Positions 31,569 through 38,093 of a stretch of DNA of 38,093 bases are shown piece by piece. The DNA comes from Stramenopiles sp. TOSAG23-2. Its lineage: Eukaryota. The notes below the pieces were generated by a model, which saw only the letters and a program-made list of their open reading frames with translations, did not search any database and was not told where the DNA came from. Positions within the stretch are counted from its first letter, which is position 1. Each line of letters begins with the position of its first letter. Where the stretch lies: positions 1 through 38,093 of the forward strand of contig LT649319.1 in assembly GCA_900128395.1 (NCBI GenBank), written 5' to 3'. The position numbers and the translations under genes are program-made.

Positions 31569-32506
31569 ATTATTTATAATATATTTTGTTGCAACATTTA
31601 TTTTCTTTTTATTATTATATATATATTACCTGGTATATATTATAGAGCAAGTCTCACTTATATGTACTTTTTTAATACACCTATGTGTACTTTTTAAAAA
31701 ATTTCGTCTTTTGCCTTTATTTCTATTAGTATACGAACATGGTTACTAATTCCTTCTTTCTTTCTACCCCTAACCCTAACTTATTTTTAATACTAGAGCT
31801 TTGGCAGGCATTTCGTTAAACCCTAATGGCATGACCGGTAGTTGCATACTATATGTAACAGGAATAAGTGACACCTACTCGTTTAATAAAAAACACGATT
31901 TTACCCTATATTTATATGCTAATGTATGTGTAGCCACTTTTCACTACTACCTCATTAATCTATGTCATAACTATATATAAAAGGTATTATTTTTGTGTTA
32001 TTTTGACTATTTATATAGGCAAATGAGTGCTATTTTTTGGTAATATTTCGTAACTTTATTACCTTAAAACAAAAAGTACACAGAAGTGTGGTTTTCTCTA
32101 TATTATATTTATAGTCTATATTATTCTAATTATAGAAAAGAAGAAGGGAAAAGGGTGAGGGGTGAGACACATAATGATGATTCGGTATATTTTTACAAAA
32201 TATAAAAATATAGATAGAATATAGATATATACTGAAAAAATAATATTACATAAAAAAATAGATTTAGATATAGATGTTATACAGTTAGATACAGATAAAT
32301 ATATGATAAAAAAAGAGAACGTCAACTTTCATACTTATTTTCATATATACTATATATCATACCTATAAATATAAATCAATATCCACAATGTTAAATGCAA
32401 TTGCAAGATCAACAGAGAAAATATTACGACGTAGTTATACACATTTGAATAAGTTATCTATTATTTATAATATATTTTGTTGCAACATTTATTTTCTTTT
32501 TATTAT
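31561..32506. repeat. 55-bp exact dispersed direct repeat (31561-31615 and 32452-32506)
   Basis: agttatctattatttataatatattttgttgcaacatttattttctttttattat is present at both sites. Confidence 0.9.
31768..31826 (+). promoter_or_regulatory. Telomere-repeat-like / telo-box motifs in a divergent promoter
   Basis: CCCTAACCCTAAC at 31768-31780 and AAACCCTAA at 31818-31826. Function is unproven. Confidence 0.3.
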
Positions 32507-32625
32507 ATATATAATATATAGCAACTATATATAATGCACTAATATATATAGTAGGAAATAGAAAAGGGAAAAGGGTTGAGACACATAATGATTCGGTATA
32601 TATTTTTATACAAAATATAAAGATA
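32131..32625. repeat. ~70-80-bp imperfect direct repeat (32131-32210 and 32558-32625)
   Basis: Both sites read aagggaaaagggt...tgagacacataatga(tga)ttcggtatat...acaaaatataaa. Confidence 0.85.
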
Positions 32626-32709
32626 CCTGTACACATATATTTTGAATGAGAGTAAATATATATATACATATATACATTCTAATCATTTCATATGGACTGA
32701 CTTTAAAAT

Positions 32710-33267
32710 ATGATTGCAAATATTTTGAAACAACAAGGTGCAAAAGCATCTGTATTATCACGACGTAAACAAATAATTAATTCATCATTATTAAAACATT
32801 TCTTTTCTACATCCAAAATTGAAGAGCGTATTTCAATGTTAGGGCATCAATTACCTTCTGCATCAACACCAGCTGGTTCGTATATTAGTTGTGTTCGAAG
32901 TGGTAATATGATATACACAGCTGGTCATTTACCATTTGATGTTAATGGAGAATTAATCACTGGTAAAGTTGGAAAAGATGTAACAGAGGAAGAAGCTGCA
33001 CATGCAGCGGAGATGGTAACTTTGGGAATATTAGCAACTTTAAAAAATGAAATTTCCAATTTGGATGATATAAAACGAATCGTCAAAGTAACAGGTTTTG
33101 TTGCTGCTGTAGATAACTTTGAAAAGCATCCGACGGTATTAAATGGTTGTTCCAATTTATTAGGTGACATTTTTGAAGAACGTGGTGTTCATTCACGATC
33201 AGCAGTAGGAGTTTATACATTACCATTAAATGCTTGTGTAGAAATTGAAGCGATCGTGGAGGTTTAG
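32710..33267 (+). CDS. Rid (YjgF/YER057c/UK114) family imine deaminase, Rid1-like, with putative mitochondrial presequence
   Basis: Motifs P.GSY...VRSGNMIYTAGHLP, GKVG, VKVTGFV, NGCSNLL..IF, HSRSAVGV..LPLNACVEIEAIVEV, with the catalytic Arg present. The basic, Ser-rich, acid-free N-terminal ~35 aa ends in FFSTS. Confidence 0.93.
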   Translation: MIANILKQQGAKASVLSRRKQIINSSLLKHFFSTSKIEERISMLGHQLPSASTPAGSYISCVRSGNMIYTAGHLPFDVNGELITGKVGKDVTEEEAAHAAEMVTLGILATLKNEISNLDDIKRIVKVTGFVAAVDNFEKHPTVLNGCSNLLGDIFEERGVHSRSAVGVYTLPLNACVEIEAIVEV

Positions 33268-33336
33268 TTAAAAATTATGCATAATATATTTATTAAATAT
33301 GTTCCGGTTAATTTACGCCCCCAATTATTTCAATCA

Positions 33337-34777
33337 TCAGGTTGAACTATATTTTTTACTCCATCTTTCAAATTCAACTAATGATTCTTGGCTAACACTA
33401 GGTCTGATATTTTGTAATGCGCCTTGAAAATCGATATACTGCAATGGCCTAACATCGCTTGCTAATGCAGTCATTACACGACTGCCCAATTCACGTATTG
33501 GACCAAATGCAGCTTCCCTGCATAAATTTGCTAAATCGCTACCAGAAAACCCATCCGTCAATTCAATTAAACTACGTAATTCTTGATCGTTTATATCATA
33601 TGGTTGTTTCTTTAATAAATTTTGAACCAACGTTATTCGAGCATTTGAAGTTGGTAAGCCAATATAAATTCGTTTTGTTAAACGACGTATCATTGCATCG
33701 TCTAAATCATCTGGGCGATTTGTGGCACCCATTATCAATACACGATCACCTTCATCCGTACCAGCACCATCTAAATGCACTAAAAATTCTGTTTTCAAAC
33801 GCCGTACAGCATCATGTTCATTTTCACGCCTACTTGATAATAATGAATCTATTTCATCAATAAATATCACAGATGGTTGCATTTTACGTGCAATATCAAA
33901 AAGTTTTCGTACTAATTTTTCTCCTTCTCCATGCCATTTTGATGTTAAAGAAGATGCACTAATATTGAAAAAATTTGCGTGTGATTCAGTTGCAACACAT
34001 TTTGCTAACATAGTTTTACCGGTACCAGGTGGTCCAAATAATAATACACCACGTGGTGGTGCACGTAAACCTTGAAATAAATCTGGACGCAACGCAGGCA
34101 ATATTACTGCCTCTTGCAACGTTTGTTTTGCTTTTTCTAGACCTGCAATATCATTCCATTTCACATTTAAATTTTTTTCCATTAATTCTTGCATAATATT
34201 TTGCTCGAGTTGAGAATTATATTGATCCGCTTTCATTTGCTCACTTTTTTTTCTTCCACCATTATTTTTGTTGCTGTTGTTGTTATTGCCAACGTTGTTA
34301 TTATTATTATTGTTCTTATTATTATATTGAATGATAGGCGATGATAAAATATCTTTTGGAACTTTTGTACGATGATTCCATACAGGTTTGCTATCATTGA
34401 CAACATGTGCTAATGGAACATCAATTTTCATATGAGCGTTATTCTTATTGTTGCTATCATTATTATTATTGTTGCTACTAGTACTACTACTACTGTGATT
34501 GTTACTGTTTTTACCATTATTATTATTATTATTATGCAACATATTAATATTATTATTATTATTATTTGTTGGTGTAGATATTTTTAATCTTGATATCGAT
34601 GGAGATTGTACTTTTTGATATATCTTATCTGCACTATAATTATTTCTTACATTCATGTATGGTTGTTGCTGCTTATTATTTGTTGGTGTAGATATTTTTA
34701 ATCTTGATATCGATGGAGATTGTACTTTTTGATATATCTTATCTGCACTATAATTATTTCTTACATTCATGTATGGT

Positions 34778-34809
<32 letters not shown>

Positions 34810-35238
34810 TAGCTGTTGTTGGATTTGGTATTGTTTATAATTATTTCGTTGTAAATTATTTCGAGCTGGACTACGCATATTATTTTTGTTCGAAGCAGTA
34901 TAATTATTAAAACGTAAAGTAGATGGGCTTGACCTTGTTGGTGGATTGTATTTTACTTTAAAATTCTTTGGAGATCTTCTCGAAGGGCTTATAGCTGCTT
35001 CAGACACAACACGGTCCAAATTTCGAAGTCGAATTCTGTATTGATCAATACGTTCTCCCATATCCGCCCGTTGCTGTGCAGGTATATCAACATTTCTAGT
35101 GAACGGCAATAATAAATGTACTGCTTTTCCATATAAACGCTTTGCCTCACCATATCTTTCTTCATGATCAGCTTGTACTGCCTCAGCAGCTATTTGTATA
35201 CCGACATTGATATCATCGACTGTGCGATTGTTACTCAT
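33337..35238 (-). CDS. SPAST: Spastin (MIT domain + AAA microtubule-severing ATPase)
   Basis: N-terminal MIT (AVQADHEERYGEAKRLY..AV), then an N/Q-rich linker. The AAA domain has VILPALRPDLFQGLRAPPRG, GPPGTGKT, SLTSKWHGEGEKLVR, IFIDEID, EHDAVRRLKTEFL and the C-terminal IRPSVS...FERW. Confidence 0.88.
34559..34786. repeat. Exact 114-bp (38-aa) in-frame tandem duplication in the spastin linker
   Basis: 34559-34672 equals 34673-34786, so QQQPYMNVRNNYSADKIYQKVQSPSISRLKISTPTNN appears twice. It abuts a CAG tract. Confidence 0.95.
34776..34820 (-). repeat. (CAG/CAA)n poly-Gln microsatellite in spastin
   Basis: The + strand reads ttgttgctgctgctgctgctgctgctgctgctgtagctgttg. Confidence 0.9.
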
Positions 35239-35325
35239 ATTTTAGATCAGCCAAATGTTAATGCCTTTTACATATATATATATATATATACAACGATTTA
35301 TATATATATGGGAGGGATATACACT

Positions 35326-35543
35326 CATTGAACGATGCCTTTACACATTTTATCTTAATCATTCAAAAATTCAATTTTTAATTTTTAATTTAATTTAATT
35401 ATATTAAATATAAATTGAATTTTTTTTTGGAGCACATTGAACGATGCCTTTACACATTTTATCTTAATCATTCAAAAATTCAATTTTTAATTTTTAATTT
35501 AATTTAATTATATTAAATATAAATTGAATTTTTTTTTGGAGCA
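35326..35543. repeat. Exact 109-bp tandem duplication in the spastin/peroxidase divergent intergenic region
   Basis: cattgaacgatgcctttacac...ttttttggagca occupies 35326-35434 and 35435-35543. Confidence 0.95.
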
Positions 35544-35933
35544 TTTAAGGTTTAGGTTGCCCTTTCCATTTTTCAGAGAAAACTTAAACTTCTCTCTCTG
35601 ATTTTTTCAAAGAGTCACATTTTTACCAAAAATTTCATTAATCGTTTGCCCTGCTATGCACTTGCTAGAATAAAAAATATTGAATTTGGTAAATACTTCG
35701 CTGTAAAAAAATGATCATGCACAACATTATAATTATATACTGTGCACACTGTGCATATATATTTTTTATAGCTATATACAAAATAATACAATATGAACCA
35801 AAAGAAAAGAAAAGAAAACAGGATAGATAGATATTACAAACAGACTTCCCTAAAAGAATCAGACAGATCAATACATTATTGTAAGAAAAAAAAAAACAAG
35901 TTTACATCATACGAAGATAATATCGATATTTAT

Positions 35934-37583
35934 ATGAATAAAATATTATCATATTATTATTTACATGCAGTAGTAATAATTTACATCACTTCAAAAACTC
36001 ATGCAGTTACATTGCCAGAAACAAAAAAGAAAATCCCAACATCAAATGAAGTAAATCAAATTTCTTTTGATATCAACAACGAAGTTATACCTGCATGAAC
36101 TCATGCAGTTACATTGCCAGAAACAAAAAAGAAAATCCCAACATCAAATGAAGTAAATCAAATTTCTTTTGATATCAACAACGAAGTTATACCTGCATGT
36201 GGGAATGCTCGTCGTGCTGGAGTAATTGGTGGGATTGTACGACTAGCTTTTCATGATGCTGGAACATTTGATGTTTCAAATCCAACATCTACGCAAGTTG
36301 ATGGTTGCATTGATATTGAAAATCCAGATAATGGTGGTTTATTACGAGTTATTAACTTGTTGCAACCCATATACGAACGTCATAATAGCTCTATCGGCCG
36401 AGCTGATTTTTGGCAATTAGCTGCAAATGTTGCCATTGCATCATCCTTGCCAACTGGTGCAATACTGCAATTGCCAACAAGATTTGGGCGTAAAGATTCC
36501 AAATTTGCCACCAAATTATGCAATAACAATTTTGGATTGCCGGATGCTGAAAAATCTCATTTTCATACTACCGCCGTCTTTCAAAATCGTATGGGATTTT
36601 CACAACGTGAAATTACTGCTTTGATGGGTGCACATACATTAGGACGTGCAGATACAGCAGAAAGTGGTTATGATGGTGCATGGGTCAATCGTAATTTCGA
36701 TTTTGATAATTCATATTATCGTGATATTATTGGAAGGCCATGGGTAAGAGAAACATCGGGAAATGGCTTAAAACATATGTGGAGAGATCCAGGAACAGGT
36801 TTATTAATGTTAAATACCGATATGGCATTAGCATTTGAGATTGGTAACGATGAAAATGTAAATACAAATCGCTGTCGCACTGGAGGTGGTGGTGGTGGCG
36901 GCGGCGGTGGTGGTAATCGATGTGGAACAAATGTTGAAACACGTCAATATGTACAATTATTTGCAAGAAATCAACCAGAATGGTTCGCAGCTTTCGTACC
37001 GGCATGGATTAAAATGCAAGAGTTAGGATATGATAATTTGGAACAAGAAATAATTGTTGATGGTCGGAATTTACAGAATACAATACAACGAGGTGGTGAT
37101 AATTGCCAAGTGTTAAGGAACAACAATGTTTTATCCCCATTATTGTTTAATATCTTGATTGCATTTGCCATTTTAATAACATTTACAGCATGGGTAACAT
37201 TAATGATCTTTGTATTTCGTTGGTTTGTTTGCAAACGTTCTGTTGAAAAAAAAAGTAATACTAAAAATGGTTCGAAATCATGTTGTTGCTGTTGTCGGAA
37301 TAATCCATTAAAAAAAAATGGAAGAAATACTGCCGCTATTAAACCTAAAACAAAAGGTTTACAAAAACAGATTTCATCATCTGATAAATTTGCTCCATCC
37401 TACCAAATTTATGTCGTTGATGAAGATGGAAAAGAACATTTAGCAACAATGCCATATGGTTCAGAGACATTTAGTAATATTTTTGGTTCTGAAACCAAGA
37501 ACACGACAACGGAACCATCACCAAGACGTAATCATAACACTGGACCAGATCGAGATAGTTTTGAGATGAATGCTGCTGTGTAA
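35934..37583 (+). CDS. Non-animal heme peroxidase (APX/CcP-hybrid-like), signal peptide + C-terminal TM helix; interrupted by in-frame TGA at 36096-36098 from a 102-bp duplication
   Basis: Distal IVRLAFHDAGT, DGC..., N.GL, IGRADFWQLAA, FGRKD, LPDAE, proximal ALMGAHTLGRA, GYDGAW, FDNSYY and MLNTDMAL are all present. ATG 35934 opens a signal-peptide-like MNKILSYYYLHAVVIIYITS in the same frame. The TM segment is LLFNILIAFAILITFTAWVTLMIFVF. Confidence 0.88.
35996..36199 (+). repeat. Exact 102-bp tandem duplication in the peroxidase 5' coding region
   Basis: 35996-36097 equals 36098-36199 (aactcatgcagttacattgcc...cctgcatg). The junction reads GCA TG|A ACT. Confidence 0.95.
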
Positions 37584-38093
37584 AAACTAAAACTGTAAAA
37601 ACTAAAAAAGTTATTTTTTTAATTTGAAAAAGAGTATGATACGAAAAGTAATTTTATTAGTTTATCAGTATGATACATATAATATTAATAATGCATATGA
37701 TAATTATTGATTAAATATTATAATACGAACTATGATATTATAAAAATACTTTCATATATATATATATATATATCCTATGCATCGAATTTTTTTGGTTTAA
37801 TAAAATCAATTAGAGAGATGGAAGAATGGAAGAATGGATTAGCGAAAGGAATTGAATGATCACAGTGTTAAGAGAGAAATTTTTTTTAAAATTTTAATGA
37901 AAAAATAAAAAAATTTTAAAATATATATACACGAAAAATATTTTTTAATATTTCGTACAGTTATTGTCATCAATATATACGTATATCATATGATATCATA
38001 TTATTTATTTTATTTATAAATGATATATTTTATGATATCTAGTATACGACTTCGTAATTAAACATCTCAAAACACATCGGCATATAGAATTTT

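Noticed and set aside
31768-31780. True telomere or chromosome-fusion site
   Set aside because: Only about two hexamer units, internal, with no subtelomeric context.
36096-36098. TGA as selenocysteine or alternative genetic code
   Set aside because: It falls exactly on a duplication junction, TGA terminates other genes here (ankyrin, kinase, spastin), and no SECIS was recognised.
37584-38093. RNA gene or next CDS in the terminal region
   Set aside because: Very AT-rich with (TA)n and a short ggaagaat doublet; no tRNA/snRNA structure or ORF is recognisable.

Overview
AT-rich, gene-dense, intron-poor eukaryotic nuclear DNA read in the standard genetic code. The outer-arm dynein implies a flagellated protist; a stramenopile-like origin is only a guess. 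Ten protein genes are supported, in order: a PI3K class IB regulatory subunit (p101/p87)-like protein (-); a single-exon 4235-aa kelch-type outer-arm axonemal dynein heavy chain (+); a secreted tandem-PA-domain protein with a J-domain-like tail (-); an F-box-like/ankyrin protein built from ten shuffled two-ankyrin modules with variable loops (+); a KIF7/KIF27-like kinesin-4 (+); a three-exon MFS transporter (-); an ecdysteroid-kinase/APH-like phosphotransferase (-); a Rid (YjgF/UK114) protein with a mitochondrial-type presequence (+); spastin (-); and a membrane-anchored heme peroxidase interrupted by a TGA created by a 102-bp duplication (+). The most notable signals are (1) the modular ankyrin receptor, (2) a 187-bp inverted copy of the MFS 3' coding end lying just past the kinase stop codon, (3) a cluster of ~100-115-bp tandem duplications at 31-36 kb, real or assembly-derived, and (4) a p101-like gene in an apparently non-animal genome. 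No rRNA, tRNA, CRISPR array or transposase was recognised. All family calls come from motif recognition, not database searches.
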